Notes: generated by a model from the sequence alone, not told the origin. A DNA stretch of 32,000 nucleotides from Candidatus Saccharimonadota bacterium (GCF_025021925.1 NZ_CP092368.1:30001-62000); one strand, 5' to 3'; numbered from the stretch's first letter, positions 9,318 to 19,066 are shown. Numbers and translations are program-made.

Positions 9318-9617
9318 ATGGTTAGGGAACTTCTGTTACCCGGTGTTCCCTAAAACCGTGCTTAAGTATTAAACTAGTTGTACTCTAATTAAGCAGCAAC
9401 ATACAGTCTATTACCATTGGCAGCAACATTATCGTTTGCATTTACTTTACGCGCTCTTATCGGTGGTGCATAACCGAGCAAAAATACCATCTTTATTTTG
9501 CATGTCGATTCTTATTCGCCCCCATATATAATAAAAATGGTGGAGGCGCCGAGTACTGCCCTCGGGTCCAATACACCTATTGCAAGGTAAATTTTATTGC
9601 CATAGTATAAAATATAC
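9318..9617 (-). ncRNA. ssrA: tmRNA (ssrA), circularly permuted two-piece alphaproteobacterial form. The outer ends are approximate.
   Basis: Read on the minus strand. The acceptor piece ends GGACCCGAGGGCAGTACTCGGCGCCTCCACCA, with the 3' end at 9538. A 14-nt spacer follows (9537..9524). The coding piece starts GGGGGCGAATAAGAATCGAC at 9523. GGGGGCG pairs with CGCCTCC and gives a G3:U wobble. The tag ORF begins ANDN and ends VAA-stop. A terminal hairpin lies at 9352..9323. Confidence 0.9.
9389..9439 (-). other. tmRNA tag reading frame encoding ANDNVAANGNRLYVAA plus a TAA stop
   Basis: GCA AAC GAT AAT GTT GCT GCC AAT GGT AAT AGA CTG TAT GTT GCT GCT TAA on the minus strand. It has the ANDN start and VAA end typical of alphaproteobacterial ssrA tags. 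Confidence 0.85.
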
Positions 9618-9623
9618 GTTCTT

Positions 9624-9651
9624 AGTGTATTAGATCTGCAAGCTATGTCAA
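9624..9651 (-). promoter_or_regulatory. Candidate sigma70-type promoter for ssrA
   Basis: On the minus strand, TTGACA (9651..9646), a 16-nt spacer, then TACACT (9629..9624), just upstream of the acceptor piece. This is motif evidence only, in AT-rich DNA. Confidence 0.35.
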
Positions 9652-9721
9652 GTATTTCATACGTGCATTAATTAATTTTTATAATCACGTCTGATAATAT
9701 TTGAAGTGATATATAATATTA

Positions 9722-10744
9722 TTATACATTAATAGGATGATATTCTGTAATAATGCTATTATGTTGCTTAAGCAATTTTTTATTTAAAAAATTTAAAATA
9801 TACTGTAGATTATCGTGTAACGATAAACACAATACTTCTTTATTCAGATAATTCACTAAATACTCCTTCTTTTTAAGTCTTTCCTGTTCAGTTAATAAAT
9901 CGCATTTATTTAGTACTACTACTTCTTCTTTTTGTATAAGATGTTTATTATAACATGTTAATTCATGATAAATACAATTATAAGTCGCGATGATATCGTA
10001 ATGTGTTGCATCAATTAAATGTAATAGGATTTTACATTTTTCTATATGTTTTAAAAATTTATGTCCTAATCCCTCTCCTAGATGAGCTCGATTGATTATC
10101 CCTGGAATATCTACTATCAGGAGTGCATCAGTGTCCACATAAGCAACTCCTAAATGAGGTCTTACTGTGGTAAATGGATAACTCCCTACTTTTGTATCTG
10201 CATCAGAACAGCGAGTTAAAAATTTTGATTTACCTGCATTTGGCATTCCTATAATACCAATATCAGCTATCATTATAAGATTTAACAGTATATTTTTATC
10301 TTGTCCTAAGATACCATAAGTAAAATTTTTAGGCGCTTGATTGATAGAAGATCTAAAATATGCATTACCAAAACCACCTTTTCCTCCTTGTGCTACTAAA
10401 CATTGCTTATGCGGTATATCAAGAGTATCTATTATTTCTTTACTCATATTATCTATAATTTGAGTACCAATTGGTACTCTTAATAATACATCTTGTCCTA
10501 CTGCGCCGGTTCTATTGCGATCTCGACCATGCTTGCCATTATCAGCTTTTATTGATTGTCTATCACGAAAATGTAATAATGAATTTAGATTCATATCACT
10601 GATAAAAATAATATCTCCACCTCGTCCTCCATTTCCACCATTAGGACCACCAAATTCAATAAATTTCTCTCTACGGAAACTTGTGCATCCATTGCCACCA
10701 TCACCTGCTTTTATATATAAAATAACTTCATCTATAAAACTCAT
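9722..10744 (-). CDS. obg: GTPase Obg/CgtA
   Basis: It has the glycine-rich Obg fold (GDGGNGCTSFRREKF, GGPNGGNGGRGG) and the G motifs GMPNAGKS, DIPG and NKCD. I prefer Met10 (10744), which gives MSFIDEV... and removes the overlap with eno. The tracked ORF start is 10771. Confidence 0.9.
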   Translation of the reverse strand: MSFIDEVILYIKAGDGGNGCTSFRREKFIEFGGPNGGNGGRGGDIIFISDMNLNSLLHFRDRQSIKADNGKHGRDRNRTGAVGQDVLLRVPIGTQIIDNMSKEIIDTLDIPHKQCLVAQGGKGGFGNAYFRSSINQAPKNFTYGILGQDKNILLNLIMIADIGIIGMPNAGKSKFLTRCSDADTKVGSYPFTTVRPHLGVAYVDTDALLIVDIPGIINRAHLGEGLGHKFLKHIEKCKILLHLIDATHYDIIATYNCIYHELTCYNKHLIQKEEVVVLNKCDLLTEQERLKKKEYLVNYLNKEVLCLSLHDNLQYILNFLNKKLLKQHNSIITEYHPINV

Positions 10745-10745
10745 A

Positions 10746-12008
10746 CTATAATCCAAGATTATACTTGGCACTTTTACCGAGTAAATGCTCTATTCTAATT
10801 AGTTCATTATATTTTGCTAGTCTCTCAGAACGTGATAGTGATCCAATTTTTATCTGTCCACAATTTGCAGCAACTGCTATATGAGAAATGATTGTATCTT
10901 CTGTTTCTCCTGAGCGATGTGAAACTATAGCTTTATAACCATTTGCTTTTGTCATGTTAATTGCATTAAATGTTTCTGTCAGTGTACCAATCTGATTCGG
11001 CTTAATAAGTACAGAATTTGCCATTTTTTCTTTTACTCCCTGAGCTATGAGCGTACAATTTGTGACAAAAAGATCATCACCAACTAATTGTATCTTATCT
11101 TGCAGCTTTTCTGTAATAAGCTTCCATCCTATATAATCTTCTTCAGCCATTGCATCTTCTATATAAATAATAGGATATTTTGTTACAAGAACACAATAAT
11201 ATTGTATTAAGTCTTGTGTAGTAAATTTCTTATTTTCAAATGTATATATCTGATTTTTATAAAGAGTAGATGCTGCAATATCTAATCCCAATCTAAAATG
11301 CTCTCTCATTGAGTATCCTATAGATTCTATAGCATAGATTATTAGATTAATAGCTTCTTCGGTGGTATTAATATTTGATGCAAATCCACCTTCATCTCCT
11401 ATATTTGTACTATATCCTCTATTGTGTAGAATGATGCGCAAATTATGAAAGACTTCTATAGACATTCTCACAGCTTCACTAAAAGTTTCTGCACCAACGG
11501 GAATAATCATAAATTCTTGAACATCAAGATTATTATCTGCATGCAATCCTCCATTAATGATATTAATTAATGGTATTGGCATAATATTAGCAAATGTACC
11601 GCCTAAATATCTGTAAAGTGGCATTTGAAAACTATTTGCTGCTGCTTTTGCAGATGCAAGGGAGGTACCTAATATTGCATTTGCTCCAAGTTGGGACTTA
11701 TTTTTTGTTCCATCGAGATCAATTAAGATAGAATCAATGACACTTTGTAATGTGACATCAAGACCAATGATTGCGTCTGAAATTACTGTATTCACGGAAT
11801 GAATTGCTTGTAATACTCCTTTTCCACAATATCTTTTTGTATCATAATCTCTCAGTTCATAAGCTTCATGTATTCCAGTGGAAGAACCAGAAGGTACAGA
11901 TGCTCTCCCTATACTTCCATCACATAGCGCTACTTCCACTTCTACAGTAGGATAACCTCTACTATCTATTATTTCTCTTCCTATTACTTTATTAATTAAT
12001 CTTTTCAT
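10746..12008 (-). CDS. eno: Enolase
   Basis: 420 aa with [23 protein letters not shown] and LLIKPNQIG-type motifs ([14 protein letters not shown]). Confidence 0.95.
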   Translation of the reverse strand: MKRLINKVIGREIIDSRGYPTVEVEVALCDGSIGRASVPSGSSTGIHEAYELRDYDTKRYCGKGVLQAIHSVNTVISDAIIGLDVTLQSVIDSILIDLDGTKNKSQLGANAILGTSLASAKAAANSFQMPLYRYLGGTFANIMPIPLINIINGGLHADNNLDVQEFMIIPVGAETFSEAVRMSIEVFHNLRIILHNRGYSTNIGDEGGFASNINTTEEAINLIIYAIESIGYSMREHFRLGLDIAASTLYKNQIYTFENKKFTTQDLIQYYCVLVTKYPIIYIEDAMAEEDYIGWKLITEKLQDKIQLVGDDLFVTNCTLIAQGVKEKMANSVLIKPNQIGTLTETFNAINMTKANGYKAIVSHRSGETEDTIISHIAVAANCGQIKIGSLSRSERLAKYNELIRIEHLLGKSAKYNLGL

Positions 12009-12114
12009 TGTTATGCATCAATAATTTATAAAAATAATGAGGTATCGCATTATATAATACATTTAAATCAAATATCACAAATCATTATTTGATCATCTGT
12101 TGTTCATCATATAC

Positions 12115-12435
12115 TCAACCAAGTAATCCTTTATTTTTTAATAAACTGTTTAATTCTCCACTATCATATATTTCACGTATAATATCAGATCCACCAATAA
12201 ATTCTCCCTTTATATATAATTGTGGAACTGTTGGCCAATCAGAAAATTTTTTTATTGCTTCACGTATTTCATCGCTTTCTAATACGTTCACGCACTTGAA
12301 CTGGACATTAAATTTTTTCAGAATTGATACGACAATACTAGAAAATCCGCATTGCGGACATTCAGCAGTGCCTTTCATATATAAAATGATATCATTTTCT
12401 TCTATTTCTTTCTTTATTTGCTCAAAAATACTCAT
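12115..12435 (-). CDS. grxD: Monothiol glutaredoxin (Grx4/GrxD family)
   Basis: 106 aa with the CGFS active site (CPQCGFS), WPTVPQLYI and GEFIGG. Confidence 0.9.
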   Translation of the reverse strand: MSIFEQIKKEIEENDIILYMKGTAECPQCGFSSIVVSILKKFNVQFKCVNVLESDEIREAIKKFSDWPTVPQLYIKGEFIGGSDIIREIYDSGELNSLLKNKGLLG

Positions 12436-12448
12436 AATGTTTCTCCAT

Positions 12449-12667
12449 TTAAACTTTAGTTTCTAACTGTATAGCATGTATATTACACTCTTTTAAAGCC
12501 TGATATACCATTTTATGTTGTTCTATTCTTGTTTTACCAAAAAAGCACTTAGAAATGATCTTGAGATGATAATGTTCATCATCTTCTGTAAGATGATGAA
12601 TTTCTATTTTAGATTTAGGAAATGAGAGTGTGAGAACTTGATATAATTTGTCAATTGTAATAGCCAT
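12449..12667 (-). CDS. BolA-family protein
   Basis: 72 aa with F.GKTRIEQHKMVYQAL....IHAIQL, the BolA pattern. It is adjacent to grxD, a common bolA-grx pairing. Confidence 0.75.
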   Translation of the reverse strand: MAITIDKLYQVLTLSFPKSKIEIHHLTEDDEHYHLKIISKCFFGKTRIEQHKMVYQALKECNIHAIQLETKV

Positions 12668-12880
12668 TTATTTGCACATCAATGATAATCTCTCTATTAT
12701 AAATTATAGAGACAGTATAATACAATGAAAATTTAATTCTTAAACTAGTAATATGATATCGTTATACAAAATTACAACCTTTCGTTTCATTTATACTGAT
12801 AATATAAACATGCAACTCTCATATACATTAAATATATATATATTATTTTATTGATAAGCTCTCAATTCTGAAAAGTACAT

Positions 12881-13498
12881 ATGGTAGAATTATTAATACC
12901 TAATCAACTAGTATCTTATAGTTATGCACTGCAATTTATGGAAAAAAGAGTGCAACAAATTTATAATAACTCTGCCAATGAATTATTATGGATCATTGAA
13001 CATCCTCCGATATATACAGCTGGTATCACTGCAAAAGATGATGAAATGATTAATGCATTATTTCCAATATATAAGACAAATAGAGGAGGAAAATACATGT
13101 ATCATGGTCCAGGACAACGCGTTATATATCTGATGTTAAACCTGAAAAAAAGAAAACGATGTAATATCAGATTGTATATTAAAGATTTAAGTCAATGGAT
13201 GATTAATGTATTACAACGTTTTAATATTATTGGGGAATTCAAAGAAGATAGAATAGGAATTTGGGTCTGTCACAATAATATAGAAGAAAAAATTGTAGCT
13301 TTTGGTATCCGAATAAAAAAATGGATTACTTATCATGGTCTAGCATTGAATATTTCACCAAATCTTTCACATTATAAAGGTATTATTCCATGTGGACTCA
13401 AAGAGTATAACATAACTTCAATGGAAAAATTGGGAGTGCAAATCATCACTACTGTATTTGACAATGTATTAATACAAGAATTTTATAAGATATTCTAA
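12881..13498 (+). CDS. lipB: Octanoyltransferase (lipoyl(octanoyl) transferase)
   Basis: 205 aa with EHPPIYTAG, RGGKYMYHGPGQ, K..AFGIR and HG.ALN motifs. Confidence 0.9.
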   Translation: MVELLIPNQLVSYSYALQFMEKRVQQIYNNSANELLWIIEHPPIYTAGITAKDDEMINALFPIYKTNRGGKYMYHGPGQRVIYLMLNLKKRKRCNIRLYIKDLSQWMINVLQRFNIIGEFKEDRIGIWVCHNNIEEKIVAFGIRIKKWITYHGLALNISPNLSHYKGIIPCGLKEYNITSMEKLGVQIITTVFDNVLIQEFYKIF

Positions 13499-13544
13499 AA
13501 TAGCAACATTTTTGCATCTAAATCGTCTTTATTGAGTCATATTT

Positions 13545-13564
13545 ATTGATATCTTGATATCAAT
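13545..13564. repeat. 20-bp perfect palindrome in the lipB/purQ convergent spacer
   Basis: ATTGATATC TT GATATCAAT. A second small hairpin, ATTCTC-N7-GAGAAT, follows a few nt downstream. Either could act as a terminator-like structure, but there is no U-tract. Confidence 0.5.
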
Positions 13565-13694
13565 TCACATTCTCATACAAGGAGAATACTTCATTATATG
13601 CTCAATCTCTTAATTATCAATCACTTTGGTTAATTCTTTATAAAAACAATACTCAAATATAAAGAGTACATGTAAATTCTATGATATTATTTTC

Positions 13695-14513
13695 TCAGTG
13701 ACTACTCAGATTTCTTGTCATAAAATATTTAATTCCATTTTCAAAAATAGCCATTCCATCTCCATATTTTGGTATGATTATTCCTAATCTTTTATTTCTT
13801 TCATATTGAACAGACCAATTATCTTGTTGTGTGAAGAATATTCCTCTTTCTGGATGAGGCATTAAAGCTAGAATTCTACCACTTTTATCTGATATAGCGG
13901 CAATATCATGTATAGATCCATTGGGATTATCAGGAAACTTCATGTTTGCATATTGTCCTAGATCATCTACATAACGCAATGCGTCATACCTCTTATGTAC
14001 TAATTGTTCTAAAGAATTTTGCGTCATAAAAAATTGACCTTCTCCATGCGCAATAGGTAAATATAGTTCATTGATATTTCTTAACCATATAGAATTACTA
14101 TGAAGATTTGCTTTTAATTTTATCCAACGGCATTGATAATTTCCTATATCATTAGGTATAAGAGCAAGATGAGAGAATTCTTCAATTAATTTTATTAATA
14201 CCTGACAACCATTACATATACCTATTATGAGCTTATCCTGAGCAATAAACTCTTGTAATTCATTATAAATGTTATGTTGCATATGTAATGCTAATGCATT
14301 ACCAGCACCAGTATGATCTCCATAAGAGAACCCTCCTGGAATAGCAAGAATGTGACTTGACATGAGTTCATGTGGATTATCAATTACATCATTAATATGT
14401 ATTATCTTTACTTGAATATTTCTCATGTTCATTTTTTTGCTACATTCTATAAATGCAAATGCAGTTTCTTTTTCACAATTTAATCCATAACCATATAATA
14501 CTATTATTTTCAT
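13695..14513 (-). CDS. purQ: Phosphoribosylformylglycinamidine synthase, glutamine amidotransferase subunit
   Basis: 272 aa with the class I GATase nucleophile GICNGCQ, AHGEG and MPHPER motifs. Confidence 0.85.
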   Translation of the reverse strand: MKIIVLYGYGLNCEKETAFAFIECSKKMNMRNIQVKIIHINDVIDNPHELMSSHILAIPGGFSYGDHTGAGNALALHMQHNIYNELQEFIAQDKLIIGICNGCQVLIKLIEEFSHLALIPNDIGNYQCRWIKLKANLHSNSIWLRNINELYLPIAHGEGQFFMTQNSLEQLVHKRYDALRYVDDLGQYANMKFPDNPNGSIHDIAAISDKSGRILALMPHPERGIFFTQQDNWSVQYERNKRLGIIIPKYGDGMAIFENGIKYFMTRNLSSH

Positions 14514-14519
14514 GAGTAA

Positions 14520-15779
14520 CTAAAAGTTAAAAAATTCAAATTTCTTTTTTACAAAATTTGCTATTAAATTGAGTGCAAATAATACTAATAATAATGCTAT
14601 AATAGCAATAGCAGCAAGTTCTATGAATGCAATTTCAGGACTACTTGACCATATATAAATCTGTACAGGTAAGACAGTAGCAGGATCAAAAAAGCAGTTT
14701 GGAGTATCTGCAATAAAAGCTACCATGCCTATCATGATTAAAGGAGAAGATTCTCCTAAAATTCTTGCAATAGCAAGTACTATGCCATGTATAATTCTTG
14801 GTAGTGCAATTGGAAGAGAATGATCTAATATTACTTTGATATGAGAAGCTCCAAGTGCAAAAGCAGCGTCCTTAATTACAATTGGTATATTAGCAAAAGA
14901 ATTTTTTGTAGCAATAACAATATTAGGTAGCATGATAAATGATAATGTCATACCTCCTACAAAAGGAGAAGAGCGAGGTAATCCTAATATACCAAGATAT
15001 AGAGTCAGTCCTACCACACCAAAGATTATTGAAGGTACAGCAGCAAGATTACTAATACTAATCTCTACTATATTTGTTATAAAGCTATTTTTAGGCATAA
15101 ATTCATACAGATAAATACCTGACATAATTCCCATTGGTAATGCTAATGTTAAGCATACTATGATGGTCATAATTGATCCAATCAATGCTCCTAAAATTCC
15201 TGCATTTTCTGGTTCACGAGAATCAGATTTCACAAATAAAGACTTGTTAAAAAACTTTCTCACTCTTCCTGTTTCTTTTAAGATATCCAGTAATGCTATG
15301 TAATGCTCATCTGAGTATTTCTCTTTATTTATTGCATTCATAATACTAGAAGCAGTGAACCATATTTCATATTTACAACTATCATTTTTTTGTTTTATAA
15401 TAAAGTTTTCTAGCTCTTTATAAGAATTACGACTTAAAATTTCGTCACTATCTTTAAAATTATATCCTGCAAATATTTGATTTAAAGAATTATTCAATAA
15501 ACGAATTGATTGATATCTTAAATCACCAGGATTGGTTGTAACAGTAAAGTTAGTACTGATCTCAATAGGTAATAAAATTTTTGTGACTGTTAAAGCACTG
15601 TAGGCATTGATTAATATACTGAATAATATACATATAGGACAACCAAGAGAGATAATAAGTGCGATGAGTGAACAAAGACGTAATGCTTTGTTTCTTTTAT
15701 TTTTTCTCTTAATAAGAATTTGTCTATGACTCGATTGTAAGAGATTAAAAAATTTTTGCTTTATATGCATTGACCTCAT
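14520..15779 (-). CDS. pstA: Phosphate ABC transporter permease PstA, long-loop form
   Basis: 419 aa. It has one N-terminal TM segment, a long extracytoplasmic loop, then 5 TM segments. The ABC permease EAA-type region is ALGAS....LP.A.P, and ILGESSPLIMIG resembles the PstA GETAPLL motif. No other pst genes are adjacent. Confidence 0.7.
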   Translation of the reverse strand: MRSMHIKQKFFNLLQSSHRQILIKRKNKRNKALRLCSLIALIISLGCPICILFSILINAYSALTVTKILLPIEISTNFTVTTNPGDLRYQSIRLLNNSLNQIFAGYNFKDSDEILSRNSYKELENFIIKQKNDSCKYEIWFTASSIMNAINKEKYSDEHYIALLDILKETGRVRKFFNKSLFVKSDSREPENAGILGALIGSIMTIIVCLTLALPMGIMSGIYLYEFMPKNSFITNIVEISISNLAAVPSIIFGVVGLTLYLGILGLPRSSPFVGGMTLSFIMLPNIVIATKNSFANIPIVIKDAAFALGASHIKVILDHSLPIALPRIIHGIVLAIARILGESSPLIMIGMVAFIADTPNCFFDPATVLPVQIYIWSSSPEIAFIELAAIAIIALLLVLFALNLIANFVKKKFEFFNF

Positions 15780-15840
15780 ATGACTGAAAGTATAGAAAGT
15801 GCTTTAAATATGTATTCAAAAATGACATTCTCAATTACAT

Positions 15841-16215
15841 CTACTGAGATTTTTTGATACATGTATTACGTTCTTTAATTCTTGCAGCTCTACCAAACAA
15901 GTTACATAAATAATATAGCTTGGCTCTACGTACCTTTCCTTTCTTTATCACTTGTATTGATACTAATGTAGGAGAATAAAGAAAAAATTGACATATTATA
16001 CTCTCTCCGTAACTGACTTTTCGAACAGAAAAAGAAGAATGCAAGCCTCGATTTCTTTTTGCAATACATGTTCCCTCAAAGACCTGTAAGCGAGTGTTTT
16101 GACTATCTATTATATTACAAGTCACTTTTATATCATCTCCAGGACGAAATATTGGTATAGATTTAGTCAATAACTGCATTTGTGTGTTATTAAATTTATC
16201 AAGTAAGCTCGTCAT
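15841..16215 (-). CDS. rplS: 50S ribosomal protein L19
   Basis: 124 aa with [23 protein letters not shown] and SFSVRK motifs. It lies downstream of trmD, as in the conserved operon. Confidence 0.92.
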   Translation of the reverse strand: MTSLLDKFNNTQMQLLTKSIPIFRPGDDIKVTCNIIDSQNTRLQVFEGTCIAKRNRGLHSSFSVRKVSYGESIICQFFLYSPTLVSIQVIKKGKVRRAKLYYLCNLFGRAARIKERNTCIKKSQ

Positions 16216-16909
16216 TTATTTCTCCATTTAATAGTTTAGGTCTACGTTTTCGTGTCAAAATTTGAGACTGCATTTTTCTCCAGTCATTTATTTTCTTATG
16301 ATGACCAGACATAAGAATCTTAGGTACATTGTATCCATGCCACTCTTGAGGCCTAGTATACTGAGGATATTCCAGTAATTCTGGACCATAATTAAAACTT
16401 TCTTCAGTCAGGCTACTAGGATTCTTTAAAACTCCTGGCAATAATCTAATGCATGTGTCAAGCAGTATTAGAGCAGCTGGTTCTCCTCCTGATAAAATAT
16501 AATCTCCTATACTTAATTCATAAGGAGTATATGCATCAATTACTCTTTGGTCAATACCTTCAAATCTTCCACATAATATTGTTATATGCGCATATTCTGA
16601 CAACTTCTTAGCAATATTTTGAGTGAATGTATATCCAGATGGAGTCATATAAATCAATTTAGTATTTTTGTGAGTAGATAATGTGCTATCTATAGCTCTA
16701 CCAAGTACATCAGGACGCATAAGCATTCCTGCTCCTCCTCCATATGGTATATCATCTACTTTTGAATGTTTATCCTGTGCAAAAGAACGAATATTAATTA
16801 CTTCAAGATTCCATATTTTTTTTTCTAATGCTTTGCCGGCAAGAGAATATTGTAAAAATCCAGGAAACATATCTGCAAAGATAGTTAATAGTGTTACACT
16901 AAATGTCAT
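16199..16909 (-). CDS. trmD: tRNA (guanine37-N1)-methyltransferase
   Basis: It has FPG....[25 protein letters not shown] and [13 protein letters not shown] prefer Met18 (16909), which gives [11 protein letters not shown]. The tracked ORF start is 16960. It overlaps rplS by 17 nt. Confidence 0.9.
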   Translation of the reverse strand: MTFSVTLLTIFADMFPGFLQYSLAGKALEKKIWNLEVINIRSFAQDKHSKVDDIPYGGGAGMLMRPDVLGRAIDSTLSTHKNTKLIYMTPSGYTFTQNIAKKLSEYAHITILCGRFEGIDQRVIDAYTPYELSIGDYILSGGEPAALILLDTCIRLLPGVLKNPSSLTEESFNYGPELLEYPQYTRPQEWHGYNVPKILMSGHHKKINDWRKMQSQILTRKRRPKLLNGEINDELT

Positions 16910-16972
16910 AATGTATATTATCTTAATAAAGAATATGATACTATGAAGTAACTTAAACACTTAAATTTAATT

Positions 16973-17719
16973 ATGTTATCAAATAAAATAATTTATTATG
17001 GTAAAGCAAAATCTATTATAAAGACTGAAGATTGTTTTACTGTAATACAACACTTTAGAGATGATATTACAGCATATAATAATCAAAAAACCCAAATCAT
17101 TGATGGCAAAGGAATGATTAATAACCAGATCAGTGCATTTGTTATGAGCGCTCTTGAGAAATCAGGCATTAAGACTCATTTTATCAACACTATAAATGAA
17201 CGAGAACAATTAGTGAGAACACTTGAGATCATTCCTCTTGAGATAGTAATCAGAAATATTACATCAGGAAGTTTATGCACACGACTGAATATACAAGTCG
17301 GAATGAAACTCATATCACCCATAATAGAGTTTTTTTATAAAAATGATTTACTAGGTGATCCTATGGTCAATGAAGATCATATTTTATATTATCATTGGCT
17401 TTCAGAACAAGAGATAAAAAAGATCAAGACTACTGCTTTAAAAATTAATGATATTACTCTTTCGTTCTTCTCAAGAATAGGAATAGATTTAGTAGACATC
17501 AAATTAGAATTTGGACGATTAATTAATAATAGAACTGAAATCATTCTAGCAGATGAGATTAGTCCTGATAACTGTAGATTATGGGATTGCAAGACAAGAC
17601 AATGTTTTGATAAAGATCTTTTTCGTTTAAATTCTGGTGATCTAAAAGCAGGATATTTGGAAGTTCTACAAAGAATTATACTAGATAATATTTCAATCTC
17701 TCACGCAGTAACTCGCTAG
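16973..17719 (+). CDS. purC: Phosphoribosylaminoimidazole-succinocarboxamide (SAICAR) synthase
   Basis: 248 aa with YYGKAKSI, ITAYNN.K, PLEIVIRN, DIKLEFG, SPDNCRLWD and DKDLFR motifs. Confidence 0.9.
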   Translation: MLSNKIIYYGKAKSIIKTEDCFTVIQHFRDDITAYNNQKTQIIDGKGMINNQISAFVMSALEKSGIKTHFINTINEREQLVRTLEIIPLEIVIRNITSGSLCTRLNIQVGMKLISPIIEFFYKNDLLGDPMVNEDHILYYHWLSEQEIKKIKTTALKINDITLSFFSRIGIDLVDIKLEFGRLINNRTEIILADEISPDNCRLWDCKTRQCFDKDLFRLNSGDLKAGYLEVLQRIILDNISISHAVTR

Positions 17720-18723
17720 TACTTCTTACGAAGTTGTCCAATGATAGATATCTTTTCACGACGTTTTTGAAAATGATTTGTCACTTGTTCTAAATTCTTC
17801 TCATCTACGATGAGGATCATGCCAATACCACAATTAAAGGTTTTTAACATCTCTTCCTTACTAATTTTTCCATTGATCTCTAACCATATAAAGAGTTCTG
17901 GCCATTGCCAGGAATTTATATCTATATCTGCAAATAAACCTTCAGGTATAATTCTAGGAATATTATCTATTAAACCACCACCTGTAATATGAGCAATACC
18001 TTTTACTTGTGATATGATAGGTAAAATAGAATCAACATATATTTTTGTAGGATGGAGTAATACATCTTTCCAAGCAAGATTCTTCCAAGGAGAATAGTCT
18101 TGATAATTGATACCTAGATTTGCAAAAATATATCGTATTAACGCAAATCCATTTGCATGAATTCCTTCTGATGCGAGACCAAGAATATAATCATTCTCTC
18201 TCATAGATTCAGATTTTGGCAGAATCTTTTCTTTATCAACTATTCCCACCACAAAACCAGCAAGATCATACTGACTAGTATTATACATACCAGGCATTTC
18301 AGCAGTTTCACCTCCTACCAATGTAATATGAGCATATTTACATCCCGTTGCAATACCACGTATTATAGACAATAATACTTCCTTATTTAAAATACCTGTT
18401 GCAAAATAATCGAGAAAAAATAAAGGAGTTGACCCTTGTGTTAATAAATCATTGACACACATTGCAACTAAGTCTATTCCAAGTGTATCATGTTCATTGA
18501 CTTCTTGTGCTATTAAAATTTTTGTACCTACTCCATCAGTTGATGATACTAGTATTGGATGGTGATACTCTTTAATTAATTTACTAAGATCAAAAAGCGC
18601 TGCAAATGAACCTAATTCACTAATTACTTCTTCTTTGTGAGTATCTTGAGCAATATGCTTAATCTCTGTTATTGCCTGATTATATAAATGAAGATTAATG
18701 CCTGCTTTCAAATATGAATTCAT
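17716..18723 (-). CDS. purM: Phosphoribosylformylglycinamidine cyclo-ligase (AIR synthase)
   Basis: 335 aa with STDGVGTK, DYFATG, GGETAEMPG, HITGGG and FNCGIGM motifs. Confidence 0.92.
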   Translation of the reverse strand: MNSYLKAGINLHLYNQAITEIKHIAQDTHKEEVISELGSFAALFDLSKLIKEYHHPILVSSTDGVGTKILIAQEVNEHDTLGIDLVAMCVNDLLTQGSTPLFFLDYFATGILNKEVLLSIIRGIATGCKYAHITLVGGETAEMPGMYNTSQYDLAGFVVGIVDKEKILPKSESMRENDYILGLASEGIHANGFALIRYIFANLGINYQDYSPWKNLAWKDVLLHPTKIYVDSILPIISQVKGIAHITGGGLIDNIPRIIPEGLFADIDINSWQWPELFIWLEINGKISKEEMLKTFNCGIGMILIVDEKNLEQVTNHFQKRREKISIIGQLRKKY

Positions 18724-19066
18724 AACTATATGTATAGATTTAAATTATATAATAATGATGATCATACTCATGATTAATGAATAAATACAAGAAATCTTGT
18801 TATTTCTATAACATATATCATATTAATTGATAAAACAATAAGTCAATAATATAATGACAGTCTAAAAATAAAGATTTATTAGTAATACCAAATTATAACT
18901 TAATATATATTATATGATATTATACATAAATATACATTGTTAAAGATGTATATTATACAGATTGAGAGAAATAAAAAAAATGCTTACGGTTTAATGAACG
19001 AATTATTGATTACATGATATATTGTTGTTATAATAACAAATTATATAGTATATTGCAAGTTAATAT

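Noticed and set aside
10515-10751. 78-aa proline-rich ORF (PPRPPFPPLGPP)
   Set aside because: It is the antisense mirror of the glycine-rich Obg N-terminal domain, where GGN codons read as NCC. It is not an independent gene.
12089-12466. 125-aa plus-strand ORF
   Set aside because: It completely overlaps the well-supported CGFS glutaredoxin gene on the opposite strand, and it has no recognisable motifs.
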